A DNA stretch of 64,000 nt from Octopus vulgaris (GCA_951406725.2 OX597833.1:33852001-33916000); one strand, 5' to 3'; shown: positions 40,336 through 56,330, numbered from the stretch's first letter. Translations and numbers: made by a program. Notes: generated by a model not told the origin, from the letters alone.

Positions 40336-40381
40336 AACACAACGTTTCGGCTGATATACCCTCCAGCCTTCATCAGGTGTT
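40336..40381 (-). ncRNA. Minimal type I hammerhead ribozyme motif
   Basis: Reverse complement: aacac-CTGATGA-a-ggctg-loop-cagcc-GAAAC-GTT-gtgtt. Confidence 0.8.
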
Positions 40382-40386
40382 TTGGA

Positions 40387-40417
<31 letters not shown>

Positions 40418-40965
40418 GAGTGAGAGAGCAGTGCATGCCATCAAAGTGATACTGGGGTAAAATATACGAAGCCCAGTATACCCATCATGACTACCCGTCT
40501 GATAAGGGTACACTAGACACATGCATCACAACCATATGTACGCGACATGCTGATCTCATATCAAGATAAACAGCACATGACCTTGCAGGTGGGGCCCAGT
40601 TAGAATGTTCTTCTGGTCGAGTAACCCATCCCGCTCAAAAGGTCCCTGAATAAGGGTTGTTTAAGGATGTTGAACGAAACACCCATGTTTCCAAAGGTGA
40701 ATTATCCAAACCTCCAAGAATTCCTTTCAACACACGGTTATGATGCCCCCCCCCACACACACACACACACACAAACACTAATTCTGCTCGTGATCAGAGA
40801 TTCACAGAGATTCACAGAGATTCAACTGGTTAAGGTCAAACAACTGACAAGCAAATCTGTGGTATTGAGCAGAATATTTTCTGTAGCCCATCTTTTATAC
40901 CAAGACAAACAATGTACATGATAACACTTCCAATCAGTTAAGATCAGAAGCCATGAGAGCCATTG
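40418..40965. mobile_element. Interspersed repeat next to (TTA)n; partial second copy at 46388-46618
   Basis: gagtgagagagcagtgcatgccatcaaagtga... occurs twice at high identity. Confidence 0.7.
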
Positions 40966-40979
40966 GTGCTGATACAGAT

Positions 40980-41200
40980 TTAATCCGTTGGGAGAGGTGT
41001 TTCACAATTATTCAGTAGGAACTTAGGCTTTTGCTTACAACTATTGAAAATTTCAGATCTAGAGTTCAGCAGTGAGTTAGAGACCTTAGATCTGAAAAGG
41101 ACTTGAGTCCTTTCAGCTACGCATCGCTTACATTTCTTTGATCCATTAACATATGGCAGGGTTTTTTCAACTGTTTTCCACTCTATGGTATGTGGTGTTG
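40980..41200 (-). mobile_element. Penelope-like element, C-terminal endonuclease remnant
   Basis: IEWKTV...PYVNGSKKCKRCVAE...LLNSRSEIFNSCK.K.KFLL. Confidence 0.72.
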
Positions 41201-41657
41201 CGTTCGACTTCGAACCTAGTAGATTTGCTTCTTTCTGTATTATACTATATGCAATCTTCATTTCCACCACTACCACCCACTGTCTCCTTTTTAATATCTT
41301 ACAAAATATCTTTTGCATTCTATAAAAATTATTTAATTGATTATTGTCTTTTATACATTAATATTTCGAAGATGACTTTTTATGTGTATATTGGAGGTGA
41401 AGAATGGATGTAACCATGATATTCTATGAATATGATGGTTTAGCCTTCTATATCTGTATTACCTTGTAAAATGTACAATAATACTATGTAATTTATAGCA
41501 TATACAATAATGCAGACATGTAAAATAAGTTATTATATTCTAAAAGAGATTATTGTTCCATGATGGCTGTGAAACGATTGTAATATTATGGGTACCAACT
41601 GGTGAAATAAACATTCATATTATACCTCTTGGTTTTCTTAATATATTTATGCGTGTG

Positions 41658-41688
<31 letters not shown>

Positions 41689-41747
41689 ATATGGTACGCA
41701 TTTATGTATGTATATATATATTTATATACGTATTTATGTGTGTGTGC

Positions 41748-42702
<955 letters not shown>

Positions 42703-42709
42703 ATACACG

Positions 42710-42812
<103 letters not shown>

Positions 42813-43852
42813 GTGCATACATACATAAATACATATAATTATGTATATGTGAAAGAATGATTTTAAAGAAAAGAGAACGTAGCAGAAATGTGGACAGCCC
42901 AGTAGTTTTATACAAAAGTTCGATTAATGAACCTATATAGAGATGTGTATTTACATTTTTAGCTCACGAACAAAGAGGCTTCGTAATATTTAAATTTTCC
43001 CAGTTCTTTTGATTTACACTTCACGCCGTGTTGTGCATAAAACAGATATTATGTGGTGGGGAGGTACACTAATATCCCTTATGACTATTGTATCAATGTG
43101 ATCAAATACTGATATTGGCTAATCACTGTTAATTTCAAGAAAACACTGAAACAATTACTTCATATTAGATAAATCAGCAAACCGCGTACCGATAAACAAC
43201 AGGAATGGCAATGATCCCTATAGTAGCTCCCAATGACGCCAACTTAGTGATGAGATACTATGAAAAAATTTAGGATGAATCTTGTAAAATCAAACAGACC
43301 GATCTTGATAGGATTTAAGCTCAAAACGTAAAAAGCCGGAAGCAATACCGCAAGCTATCTTCCCCGGTGCTTTTACTAGATGGCGACTCTCCCTCAATCC
43401 ACTGATTGTCCTAAAATAAAAAAGAAAGGAAATGCAAAAATAATGTAGTCTTGAAAGACTGTAATGTTTCTGATCATAGGTCAGTCGATTAGTAGTGACC
43501 TGGGTCTTAACAACGACGACAACAACGCTCTTCTAACAGGAACTAGCAAGGAAGGCCTTTATAAATTCGTTAGAGTTACTAGGAAAAGCAGCCAATCTTC
43601 AAATCATGCACCTTACCAACTTATAAATTGATGCAGTGAACGTTTTACTCTCTGTTATTCAAATTACAGGTGAGATGATCATAGCCGAAACACTTTTGAT
43701 CATACATCTTTTCAAGCAGGATTGATCTAGTACTAAACGCAAACAACGGTAACAAAAACAATGACTCTGTTAATACTCTTCATTAGTACTTTTCGCTTAC
43801 TAAGCTAAATTTTATTATTGTTTCACTCTAACTCTGTTTCTTTTGCTTTCAG

Positions 43853-43870
43853 AGGAAATGCGAGATGCTG
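43853..43870 (+). CDS. Host gene micro-exon D (18 nt, phase 1-1)
   Basis: Branch-point-like ctctaac, long pyrimidine tract, tttcag|AGGAAATGCGAGATGCTG|gtatga; EEMRDA. Confidence 0.65.
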
Positions 43871-44340
43871 GTATGAAGGGTATTCATCTTAACTTCCCTT
43901 TCTTGAAGGGGCACAACTGTAAGACTCGTTAATTATTCTTATTCATCTCTGACATATTAGCAAACATCAATGCGATGTCATTACATTGCCTCATATTACA
44001 TTGCCTGTCCTTCCTGTATCCTACAATCAGAAAACTACTATTAATTGTACATACTTAACTAGATGCCAGGAAACTTTTCTAACTATTCTTGTATGCATGC
44101 CTTCACTTTTCTTTTTTTATTTATTTATATTCTACGTAGAAAGAGGGAGTGGTCTCCAATAAAGAACGAAATCTCTGGAATTTGGATAACTTCAGCGATA
44201 ATTTTTACATAAAGATTTACATATTTTTGCATATATATATATATATATATATATATCATCAAAATTCGTGTTTACCAGTCTGCTTCTTTGCTTCAAAATC
44301 CCCAGCTTTTCCAGATTTTCGTTTAGATTTACAAACCTAT

Positions 44341-44767
44341 AGGCGCAGGCGTGGCTGTATAGTAAGAAATATGCTCCCCAACCGCTTGGTTCCGGGTTCA
44401 GTCTCACTGTGACATCTTGGATTTGATAGACGGAAACTGAAAGGACCCGGTTATGTGTGTGTGTATGTGTGTGTGTGTCCCCGTCTGTCTGTGTGTGTGT
44501 TTGTCTGTGTGTGCATGTGTGTGTGCGCGCGTGTGTATGTCTGTGACTATGTGTGTGTGTGTGTGCCTTTGAGTCTGTTTTTGTACCCCACCACCGCTAG
44601 ATAATAATCGGTCTTGGCGTGTTTACACCTCGTAACTTAACGGTTCGGCAAAAGAATCTGATAGAATAAGTACCAGACCTTAAAAAATAAGTACTAGACT
44701 CGATTCGTCCTACTAAAATTCTTCCAGGTGGTACCCCAGCATGGCTGCAGTCTAATGACTGAAACAG
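44341..44767 (+). mobile_element. SINE family 1
   Basis: aggcgcaggcgtggctgtatagtaag...ggttccgggttcagtc; family tail. Confidence 0.8.
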
Positions 44768-46200
44768 TCTCCTTGATCCGTTTTGCTCGTTTGGTGGCAG
44801 TGGTTTCAGGTTCTTCATCTAATTCAGGGTTAATGCCAAGTTCCCTTGCAAAGTTTCAAGCTTCCTTGACAACAGAATGTGATTTTTGCTGCTTTCGTGT
44901 TTGCACACGAGCTGCAGCATCTGTTCCTCTGTACTAGATTAGTACCTGTTCATTGCTATTGTGGAGGTCTTAAAGCACAGTTCTACCTGCATCATTCCTA
45001 TTCCCCTTTTACTTTTAGGTCTGCTTTTGGGTGGTGCATGTTCTTAGATGTTAGTAGTTTTCTTGTCTTCCTATCCAGGCGTTGGAGTTCCGTATGATTC
45101 CAGTTAATGAAGTTAAAACTATATTTGACTTCTGGAGGTGTTAAGGTGTTAATGGCTTCGATGCGATTTTTCGAGTTGAGCTCAGTTTTAAGTATAAATC
45201 TAATTCTCCTGTTATACTCCTTTCTTATTTTTTCCTTCGTAGTACCATGTTGTATACCATCTCCTTCGTTTATCCCCAAGTATTTATAACTCTCCTGTGG
45301 GTCAAGTTCCTTGATGATAGTGTCGGTATCTAACTTAATGGAAGCTGTTTGCCTGAGCTTGCTTCTTACAAAAGTTGCTTTAGCGCACATATCGGGGCTA
45401 AAATCCATCCTGTTGTCACTTGCTAAACTTTTTAACAGTTGCGAGCAACCCAACTAGTTCCTGGTCATTTCTAGCAAACAGCTTCAGATCGTCCATATAA
45501 AATAGATGGTTTATTGTAGTATTATAAATTTTGTACTCATACCTGGCATTATTCAGTTCATTTGAGAGTGAGATCATGCAAAAGAGTAATGGGGAGAGGG
45601 AGTCACATTGAAAAATGCCTAGTTTGATGCTGATGTTGTTGGATTGGTTTATCCTATTTGTATGGTTTACAAGGAGACGCGTGTTCCACTTGGCCATGCT
45701 ACCTTGTAAGAATTTAGAGACGACAGGGGAGATCTTATATATCTCAAGAGCCTTGAGTAGCCAATTACGTGGGACACTATCAAACGCTTTGATATAGTCT
45801 ATTCATGCCATACTCAGGTTCGTTTTGCTCTGGAAATTCTCTACAATCATTTTAGTTATCAGTAATTGATCTTTTCACCCATAAGAATTTCTTTTACAAC
45901 CTTTTTGAGCCTGTGGAAGGATACAGTTCTTTTCAAGGAAAGCGTATATTATTTCAGTGAGGATTTTGTAGGGGATGTTGAGACATATTATTGGTCGGTA
46001 GTTTTTCGGATTTTTTGTGTCTTTAGTTTTTGGTAGAAGGTATGTTGTTCCTTCGGTCAGGCAGGTATTTGCTTTGGATTCTACATGACATCAGTTAGAG
46101 ATGTAGCGAAAGTTTAGTGTACTTCTGTCAAACATTTCAGTCAGAAGTTAGGGATCCGGTCCAGTCCTGGAGTTTTCCACTTATGAAACTTTCTAAGAAC
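44768..46200 (-). mobile_element. R4/Dong-like non-LTR retrotransposon, RT fragment
   Basis: NYRPIICL, GIFQCDSLSPL, NHLFYMDDLKLF, YKYLGI, ELNSKNRIEAIN. Confidence 0.85.
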
Positions 46201-46253
46201 ACATTTTTAACTCTTCTATTCCTATTGCCTCTAATTGTTGTTGTTGTTGTTGG

Positions 46254-46285
<32 letters not shown>

Positions 46286-46286
46286 A

Positions 46287-46318
<32 letters not shown>

Positions 46319-46617
46319 GCTCTGGTAGATTCTGTAACAGCGGACAACAGTCTGCTGTCAGAGGTCTGACATTATTATTATTATTATTGAGTGAGAGAGC
46401 AGTTCATGCCATCAAAGTGACACTGGGGTAAAATATACGAAGCCCAATATACCCATCATGACTACCCGTCTGATAAAGGTACACCAGGCACATGCATCAC
46501 AACCATATGTGCGCGACATGGTGATCTCATATCAAGATAAACAGCACATGACCTTGCAGATGGGGCCCAGTTAGAATTTTCTTCTGGTTGAGTAGCCCAT
46601 CCCGCTCAAACGGTCCC

Positions 46618-46694
<77 letters not shown>

Positions 46695-47139
46695 TCATAT
46701 TTTAAAAGGATTGACATAACTCTTCACAAATAGACAATACGAAGAGCGTGATGCGATTGCAATATATATTTTATTGGTTTGAATGATATTTCGACATCTT
46801 GCTTGTCTTTGTCGAGATCGAAATGAAAAGTGATACGCAAATTCAAAATTATAGAAATTCAAATTCAAAAGTTTGAACGAAGGCAACCTCTGTTCCCACA
46901 ATGACGGAATGACATCATCAGTCTTCAGTTTTCAAGTTTACAACTGGCAAATAGAAAAAGAAAGAGAACAAAAAAGAAAAGAAAAAAAACGAAAAAGAAG
47001 AATAGTTAATCAAACGGTCTTGTGTAAATATGATGAAATTCCCTTGTCATTTTGTTCAACCCTTCAGGGCGTGATGCTAATAACTCACAAACATATTTTT
47101 CCTCATGCATTTTGAGGTCTGAAAGTGTAGCACCTTCTG

Positions 47140-49035
47140 TGAAAATGATAACATTTCTGTTGATCCATGATGGACTACAGCAACAGCCCATATGTTGATG
47201 ACAGTCACAAGGTTCTTTGAGTTGAGCTTTGATTTCAAGAGAAGTTTGAGGCGCTTCAAATATGCAGTGATGACCTTGTCTTTCATTTCTCTGTGCAAGA
47301 TATTATCCAACTCCAGGATCCCAAGGTACTTGTACCCATTATCATCCAGGTCTTCCATCCTCTCTCCGTTTGGCAGTTTTATGCCCCTACAATTAACTCT
47401 TTTCTCCCGCTTCAAAGTAAGCAACGCACATTTATCCTTGCTGCACATTTGCACAGTCTTCACCAGCCTCTCCGTTTCAGACTCTGCTTTTGCGAACAGT
47501 TTTAAATCATCTATGAAGAGAAGGTGGTTGAAACGAGGTCCGTTCTTTCTCAGCTCATAGTACACGTTGATTTTACGTAGGACTACAGAAAGCGGGGTCA
47601 AGGCAATAACAATTAACAGATGTGAACAAGAGTCTCCTTGGAAGATAACTCTTTTGATTGTTACCTCGGCGAAGTGCTGGTTGTTACAGGAAAGACACGT
47701 TTTCCAACTAGGCATACTGTTCTTAATCAGTGCACACACGTTCTAAGCTATTCCACGCATGTCGAGTTTCTAAAATCCACGAATGCGGTAACATGTCGTA
47801 AGCCTTTTTGAAGTCTATCCAGGCCATGCATAAGTTTTTTTGGTACCGTTTGCAGTTCATTATAACCTTGTCTTTCACAAGGTGGTCCCTGATGTCCTTG
47901 GATTCTTTTCGGCATCCCTTTTGTTCTACTGGCAGAAGATTGTTTTCCGCAAGGAACGTATATATTTTCCCTGCGAGGGTACCTGTTAATACTTTCCATA
48001 GGAGGTTAAGACAAGCAATGGGTCGGTAATTACCAACCTCATTGCCCTTTGACCGATCTTTCATTAACAATGTTGTTCTTCCTTCTACCATCCATTCCGG
48101 AACTGTAGCGCTCTGTAGGCAATTGTCTAATTTTAACGCAATTCTCTTGTGTATTGACCTAAACCACTTAAGCCATTAGCCTTGAATTTCGTCTGGTCCT
48201 GCTGCTTTCCAGTTTGGCAGCTTTGATATCTGTGCAATGACCTCTTCCGTTGTTATGCGCACATGGTCCGGTCGCGGAGCCTCCGGGTGGTGGATTTCGG
48301 ATCTCACGGAATGAATCCACTCAGCACTGTAGCTGCGCGAAACTTCTTGCCTCCAGATGTTATTCCAAAACTCGCGGGTTTCTTCTGCTTCAGGAGGTGT
48401 ATTATCTTCTGTATTTCCACCTAAGCCCTTAAAAAACTGCCTCTGGTTATTTGAGTTTTGCTGAAACTGCGGCATGCGATCAATGTAGCATTACATCATT
48501 AATGTTTTAACCTGCACACGTTGTTTTAGTGGTTTCATGACAGTTTTGAATCCTTTCATTTCTATTTAGTATTTTGTGTTAAGATATGTCCTTGCCCTTT
48601 TTTTCATTTTTCCATTGCCCTTTTCACCACCCTTCTATGCGGCTCAGATCTTTATGCGAAGTTAGAATATCACCTTCATTTCTCCGCTTCCACTGCGGCT
48701 CCTTCTGTCCCTCTACTTTCCTCTCTTTCTTTCTAACCAGTTCACCGACTAAAATTGAAGCGGATCTGATCAAGTCCCTTGTTTCTGTTAGATCTTTCAG
48801 AATCTCATCAACTGTTTGGGTCCTGATTTTCACATTGTTACGGTCGAAGGTTCTTAGATTCACCGGCTTGGTTTCTGTTCTTGTAATTCTTATATCATCG
48901 AGTCTTTTCCTGAGGTCCCTCTGCTCCTTAGTCATATCCTCTCTTATTTCAGGGTTTTCTACATTATTTTGATTGGCCGGCCTCTCTCCTCCACTACAAC
49001 TTCACCTTGCCTACGCATTCGCTAATCTTCTACTA
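47140..49035 (-). mobile_element. Second R4/Dong-like retrotransposon, RT fragment
   Basis: NWKAAGPDEIQG, NYRPIACL, EQKGC, AWIDFKKAYD.LPHSWI, IFQGDS, HLLFIDDLKLF, YKYLGI; flanked by (TTA/GTT/CTT)n. Confidence 0.88.
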
Positions 49036-49090
49036 TGTTATTCTCATTATTATTGTTGTTGTTGTTGTTGTTGTTGTTCGTTTTCTTCTT

Positions 49091-49121
<31 letters not shown>

Positions 49122-49122
49122 A

Positions 49123-49194
<72 letters not shown>

Positions 49195-49212
49195 CATCAT
49201 CATCATCATTAT

Positions 49213-49427
49213 TAAAGCGGAGAGCTGGCAGAATCTTTAGCATACTGCACGAAATGTTTAGTGGCATTTCACTCGTCGCTACGTTCTCAGTTCAAATTCC
49301 ACCGAGGCCGACTTTGCTTTTCATCTTTCAGGGGTCGATAAGTTATGTACCAGTGAAACACTGGGGTCGCTGTAGTCGACAAGTCTCCTTCCCGCAAGTT
49401 TTAGGCCTTGTGCTTTTAGTAGAATAG
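49213..49427 (+). mobile_element. SINE family 2 within (TTA)n/(TCA)n
   Basis: Family core present. Confidence 0.8.
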
Positions 49428-49440
49428 ATTATTATTATTA

Positions 49441-49478
<38 letters not shown>

Positions 49479-49487
49479 GTTGTTATG

Positions 49488-49537
<50 letters not shown>

Positions 49538-50015
49538 TATCGTCATCTTCAGTCATTTCCTTATATTACTAATTATCATTAATGTTTTCAGGGTTAATGA
49601 ATCTAGGATACCCGTCAGCTCATTCACAAGGGTGGAAAGAGCCGAACCAAAGAGGTAAATATATAATTTTTTTCACTTTCAGTTCTGATAATTACGGTGT
49701 GTATAATTTGTGTGTGTGTGTATGCATGTATATATATATATATATATTGATAAAAATGGTAAGGATGTGTACGTTTCAAGTGAAGGTGGATGAGTGTATA
49801 CTTTTAGGCGCATGCACGCGTGTGTGCGGGCGCGCATGTGTAGGTATGAACATGCGCGCTCACGCGAATGCTATGAACTTTTAACCCCTTTACTTTTACT
49901 CCCTTCTCTCAGTTAGCGGTCATTCAAATAGCTCTTTTGCCTTAATAACGGTCAATCACAAAGTAAGTTTCCCTTTGTATAACGGTCATTTTTCATAGTA
50001 TTTTTCCGATGGCCG

Positions 50016-50076
50016 GATAACTGAAGAGATGGCGGTGTGGACTTCCACCTCGGCATCCGAAACTCGGAGTTTTATC
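50016..50076 (+). ncRNA. Type I hammerhead ribozyme motif
   Basis: gataa-CTGAAGA-gatg...catc-c-GAAAC-tcgga-GTT-ttatc. Confidence 0.7.
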
Positions 50077-50113
50077 ATGGCTACCGAATAACTGTCACAT
50101 ATTACATTTACAG

Positions 50114-50153
<40 letters not shown>

Positions 50154-50344
50154 TAATAAATAAAATATATGCATACATACATACATACATATATGTGCGT
50201 ACCTACATCTACATGTATATATACATGCATATATAAATATATATACCTAAGTACAGGACACCACAAATAGACGTAGAACTCAACGAGAAACGAAAACGTA
50301 AAAACAAACGTGGAAACGGACCTAAACGAAAAAAACAGAGTACA

Positions 50345-50403
<59 letters not shown>

Positions 50404-51479
50404 TAAAAAAAGTTTCCTGTACATGGTATGTAAGTTCTAATAGTAGTTCATATTTAGTCATTTCAAAGTATGGACCCGTGGATTCTGTATTGCTCAACTG
50501 GAAGAGTTTTGTGGTGTGAATGGAAATTTGAGAATGTATTGTAGTATTTCTGGATAGATGGGGGTGAGATGTGTATGATTAGAATGAAGACATAGGTCAA
50601 AATGGAAACAGGAACAGAAAATGAGAAGAAGAAAGAAAGAAAAAAGAAAGAGAAAAAGCGAAAAGAGTGAAAAATGAAAAAAGTGGAAAAAGGGTGAAAG
50701 AAGTGAGAAAAGGAGTGTTAGTTGGTGGTCAAGATAATGTGAGAGGGGATTGGAGAGGAGTGGAGGAGGGAAACGAAGAAAGAAAAAGGCAAGGAGTGAA
50801 TACGTGTGAGATTTGTGAGAAGTGATATGATAGAGCTGCATTAAGGGATGGGTAGAGAAAAGGTATGGGTGGGGTGATACCAAAGTGAGTAGTAGTTTAG
50901 TAGTAAAATTTAAAGTGGAAGGAAGAATACAAGGATGTCAAATTTCTATAAATAGATGTATGTGATAGGTTAGTGTGAGAGGTAGAAATCAGAGAGAAGG
51001 AAAGAAGGTATAATGACATACGTACCCGCGCACACACGTACATACATGTGTGCATATGCATACATGCATATACACACACATGTATACATATACATACACA
51101 TACGTTACATATATACACATACACACACTCATGTATATGTATATACATGTGCACGTACATATACATACACACACACACACATATATGTATATATATGCAT
51201 ACATATACCCACATACATACATAAATATACATGCACACACATTTACACACACACATGTATCCGCTTGCATGTCTATATATGTAGTATTAAATGATTGAGA
51301 TCCTTAAAGTAAGATAGGGGAGTTAAAAAAATTAAAGATTAAAATAAAGATTAAAAAGAGATAAAGGAAAGTTAGATAGGGTTATTGGGGATTACCTAAG
51401 GGGTGTTGTGGATATATGTTATGTGGTTATTTAGGTTGCATTTAGATTTGTGGTAAAATTTTGAAGGTATGAAAAAAGC

Positions 51480-51870
51480 GGTGGCTACATGTACTAAGGG
51501 CCTCATTATATTTATTTAGTAGTGTCGAGGAGTTGTGTTTTAATGTGGAATGCCTATTTTTAGGCATAGCTTACAGGCAAAGCGTTGACCTTGGTATTGA
51601 AGCCCTGAATCTATTATGGACCATGAAAAATGTAGGGCATATTTCTATTTTTCAGATGTATGTGATTGGCGAGTGTTGTGGATTTACTATGTTTCTCGTA
51701 TCTAAAAGAATTGAGATGAGCGGCATATTGCTGTTTAAAATTTATGGTTGATCCTATATATGTAGCTGTAGAATTGTGTAATGTGTTGAGGGCGGTGCAT
51801 TTATAAATTACATTAGATCTTTTACAATGGGTTTGCAGATGAATTCAGGACGGCTGTTACAAGTGAATGT
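51480..51870 (-). mobile_element. Penelope-like GIY-YIG endonuclease remnant
   Basis: Reverse complement reads, with frameshifts, NVIYKC..TYIGST..SFRYEKHSKSTTLANHI..CKLCL. Confidence 0.65.
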
Positions 51871-52310
51871 ATTTTGGGGATTATTTTCAGGAGTGGTGAA
51901 GGTAATAGTCAGAGGAGAGGTTAGAGATGGGGGTAGAAAGGTCTAAGTTATTGGTATTATTATTACTATTATCGTTATTATTGTTATCGTTGTTGTTAAT
52001 TGTTCTATCTGTAACAGTGGGGAAGTTGTGGTAGTATTCTGGATAGTGTTAGTAAGATAGGTTGGGTTATGGTTATGGTCTAACGCATGGAGTTCAATAC
52101 TGGAGCTGTGTACATGTTATTTAAATATTTAAATATCGATCTTATCCTTATTTATATAAATTTATATATTTATTTCGTCATTATATTCACTGCGGTGGTA
52201 TTTTGACCATATCGCACGGGGAGTTTTAGGCGGGCATTTTAAACTGGTCGAGTGCATACGTGCATATATATGTATGTATACGTTCGTATATGCAAGTATA
52301 TCGTATGTTG

Positions 52311-52377
<67 letters not shown>

Positions 52378-52447
52378 CTGAATATCTCATTTAGGTATTC
52401 AGCGCTTCTTACATTAAGTAATAACATCGGTAATGTATGTGTGTGTT

Positions 52448-52525
<78 letters not shown>

Positions 52526-53970
52526 ATCAAAATAAGCAACAAGGATATCCAGAAGGTAATGCAGTACGATCGTTTCATGCGACTCCATTTTATTGAACAA
52601 TGCAAACATTACATCAATTTAAAATGTAGAGCAATCTTCAGCTGCACAAAAATATAGAATTTAATTAAATTCGAAGGTCTCATTAGTATAATTTTATCCA
52701 AAATCACCAAGAGGATAAGGAGGTAGACAACGTGTTTTACCAACAACATCACAGTTGTAACTGAAATTTTCAAAAAAAGACACTGCTTTTCACTGATTAT
52801 TTGTTATTTAGATTTAATTGGGGGGGGGGGGCAGTTTTAATTTATAGGCTAGTTTATTTATCAAATCTGAGAGAAGACAGAGGAAAGTATCATTTTGGGG
52901 TAGGGCAAAGTAGATAGACAATTTAAGTGGCATAGTCATAAATCAAGATTTATTTGAAGCAAAGCCATTTGGCTCAGTAAGAAGATACTTCAAACAAGAT
53001 GTTGGCTGCTATTAAGTAGACCAATGCTAATGGGACAGGGGAAGTCTTATCATACAGTAGTACATTAACCTACTATAAAACAATGTTGTTATTTGTATAT
53101 ACACAGATAATTTTTAGAATTAATCTAAAGAATACTAAGAAGAATATTTATGAACACTTTCAGTATATATCAAAATTTTACACAATAGAGGGACAGAAAA
53201 TATAGAAATAGTTCAATATTTATATATTTAAATACTAACTTAACATATATTTATAATTATTAATTAAATGGTATTTACTGGTATTAATAGAGGAAAATTA
53301 AGGTAAAAAAATATGCTAAAAATTATATATTAAATATTAACAATTCTAGTCTAAGCATATTCTTATATTTTAAATAGTGAATATACCAGCATAGTTTTAT
53401 ATAAGGTGAGTATGAAATTTATAGAGATATAAGACTTAGAGTAATTTTGTAAATAAATAAATAAGAGCTAGTTTTAAAAATAAAATAAAATAAATAATCA
53501 TTTGTAGAACATTATTGAAAAGGGGTAAAATGGTTTATATACCAAAAATATGGTAAGGTATATTCAGCTTATTGACATCAATAGGGTAAGATATTTTTTG
53601 AAAAAATTAAATAATTTGAAATGTTAGACTAAAACATAAAAAATATACAAAATATAAAAAATTATATCTACTTGTCAGAAAAATATCTATAAAAGACTGA
53701 TGTTTGATGTCGACTAAAGAAATAATGCAGTTATGGAACAATTTTTTTATTATCAACTAATCTTTTTATAAAATTTAGGGTTTTATTATAGGTTTAAGAA
53801 ATTTTTATTATTATACCTTACATGATATTTATATTTTCTAATAGGTACTTACTTAGAAATGTTATTTATATACAGCTCTTTATACATACTAAGATCAGGA
53901 AGGTAGAGCTATATGAGAGAAAGAAATATATATATATGTATATATATACATATATATAGGCATGTATATA

Positions 53971-54061
<91 letters not shown>

Positions 54062-54126
54062 GTACATATATATATATATATATTTAATTATATATGTATA
54101 TGTACATATACATATATATATGTACT

Positions 54127-54161
<35 letters not shown>

Positions 54162-54771
54162 GTACATATATATATGTATAAGTATAATTATATATATATA
54201 TATATATGCATGCATATATATACGTACACATAAAAACATCTATATATATACATATATATATATACACACATATATATACATATATATGGTGGCTGCCCCC
54301 TCGTTATCAAGTATGGCCATTGCACGAAACTTAATCAATGTTGTTATTGTGCAATGCCTGTGCAAGAAGATTTTTTGTAAAGTGAGGAAAGGCTATGCAC
54401 TGAGTCAATCCCATTCACTAAGCAACAGAAGCCTTAATCCGAAAAGAAGAACAAGTCAACATCATCGGTAACCACTGAGCTGCAGGTTTTATGTTGGAGT
54501 TATTCCAGTTACCCGAGTTACCTTCTCCTAGAAGGATGCCCTAACAAAGGCTAGGAGTCCTTCACTCCCAATGGTTTAACTGCGCGATCAGGTATTCAGT
54601 CCGATTATTTCTATATCCCCGCGCATGATACAGCCTTCAGACATTTATTGGATGGCCATGCACATACAAACATACACATACATATACATAAATATATATA
54701 CATGCATATATATACACACACATATATAGATATATATACATAGATATATATATAAATATGTATATAAATAC

Positions 54772-54802
<31 letters not shown>

Positions 54803-54895
54803 AAGAGAGAGAGAGGGGGGGAGAGAGATACCGCATGTGTACCGTTGGCGATTTTTCCTCCGTCTTCCCTTCTCTGGATCTTTCCTTTTCCTATG

Positions 54896-54928
54896 TTTCT
54901 GACGAAGAGCTCCGCTCGAAACGTAAAA
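54896..54928 (+). ncRNA. Minimal type I hammerhead ribozyme motif
   Basis: ttt-CTGACGA-a-gagc-tcc-gctc-GAAAC-GTA-aaa. Confidence 0.72.
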
Positions 54929-55026
54929 ATCTCCTTCTTCCCAACTTTCCTGAGCGTCCAATAATACTATATTTGTTCCACGTCCTCGCGTTGTTGTGTT
55001 TTCTCTTTGTGTTTTCATGTTTGGAT

Positions 55027-55077
<51 letters not shown>

Positions 55078-55082
<5 letters not shown>

Positions 55083-55257
55083 GAAATGAAGAAAATGCTG
55101 GTAAAATAATTTAAGTAATTTAAGTAATTTAATTAGGTGAAAGTTCTTTTTACCGGTTGCGCATTTGTTATGCTTATCAAAAGATTAGAGTTCCTTTCTG
55201 ATAGATTTTTTCCTCTTCCTCTATTATTTTGCCAGCATTTTCTTCATTTCCTTTTTT
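55078..55257. repeat. Small fold-back element between (TA)n tracts
   Basis: aaaaggaaatgaagaaaatgctggtaaaataat versus attatttttgccagcattttcttcatttcctttt. Confidence 0.75.
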
Positions 55258-55291
55258 ATATATCACAACTCGTGTTCCACATCTCCTTTTT

Positions 55292-55354
<63 letters not shown>

Positions 55355-55455
55355 TGATGCATATATATTGCCATTGATATATATATATATATATAGCTAT
55401 TGATATATTTATATACATATATATATATGTATACATAAACATAAACATATATATG

Positions 55456-55488
<33 letters not shown>

Positions 55489-55589
55489 ATATAAATATAT
55501 ATATGTATGTATGCATGTATTTATGTATGTATGTATGTATGTATGTATGTATGTATGTATGTATGTATGTATGTATGTATTGATATATC

Positions 55590-56330
55590 TATATAAGCAA
55601 TTCTCTGGATATGATCAGAAAGATAGTGTTCGAGTACACAGAGGTGCTAGAAAGAAATTCAATAACATTATACGTAATGATTGGTACCTGCCCTAGATAT
55701 AGAAACAAAGACTGGAATAGGATACAAAGAACTTGTGACAAACCAAACAGAACGAACATGTATAATACCGACAAATATCAAGGAGTGATGTTTGTAGACA
55801 CCACACCCCATGGAGAAATAGCCTGTAGATTTAGAAAATCTCTGAAGGAGACCAAACTCAACATTAAGATTGTTGAAAAGCCAGGGAACACCGTCAGATC
55901 ACAACTGTGTATGACGTACCCCTTTGAGAATACCATATGCATCAATGATAGTTGCATGGTATGTAGGATTATACCTGGCATTAACTTTAGAACTAAAAAT
56001 GTTGTTTACAGCATAAGATGCATAGAAGGTGCTTGTAAAGACATAAACATGACATACATAGGAGAGACATCTAGGAGCATTGCGGAACGACTAAATGAAC
56101 ATGTGAGACAATATGACGACAAAAAACAGTCCTCCATACTCTACCAACATGCCAAGGACCAACCTGGAGGCAACCTGGGTCAACTTGACATACGCATCTT
56201 ATCTAAGCACCCAAAGGACATAACACTCAGACAAATACAGGAGTACGTCCTCATAAATGAAACTTCCTCAATACTAAATAGGAAATATACATAGTAGATA
56301 TCATACCCCCATACCCAGTTTTCAAGGGTA
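55590..56330 (+). mobile_element. Penelope-like element, GIY-YIG endonuclease fragment
   Basis: ORF 55611-56294: C....C.VC...KNVVYSIRC...YIGETSRSIAERLNEH...RQIQE...LNRK. Confidence 0.88.

Noticed and set aside
52540-53900. Possible highly decayed PLE RT (IPKIW*..RYI..DI-like at ~53540)
   Set aside because: Too degenerate and AT-rich to support by eye.
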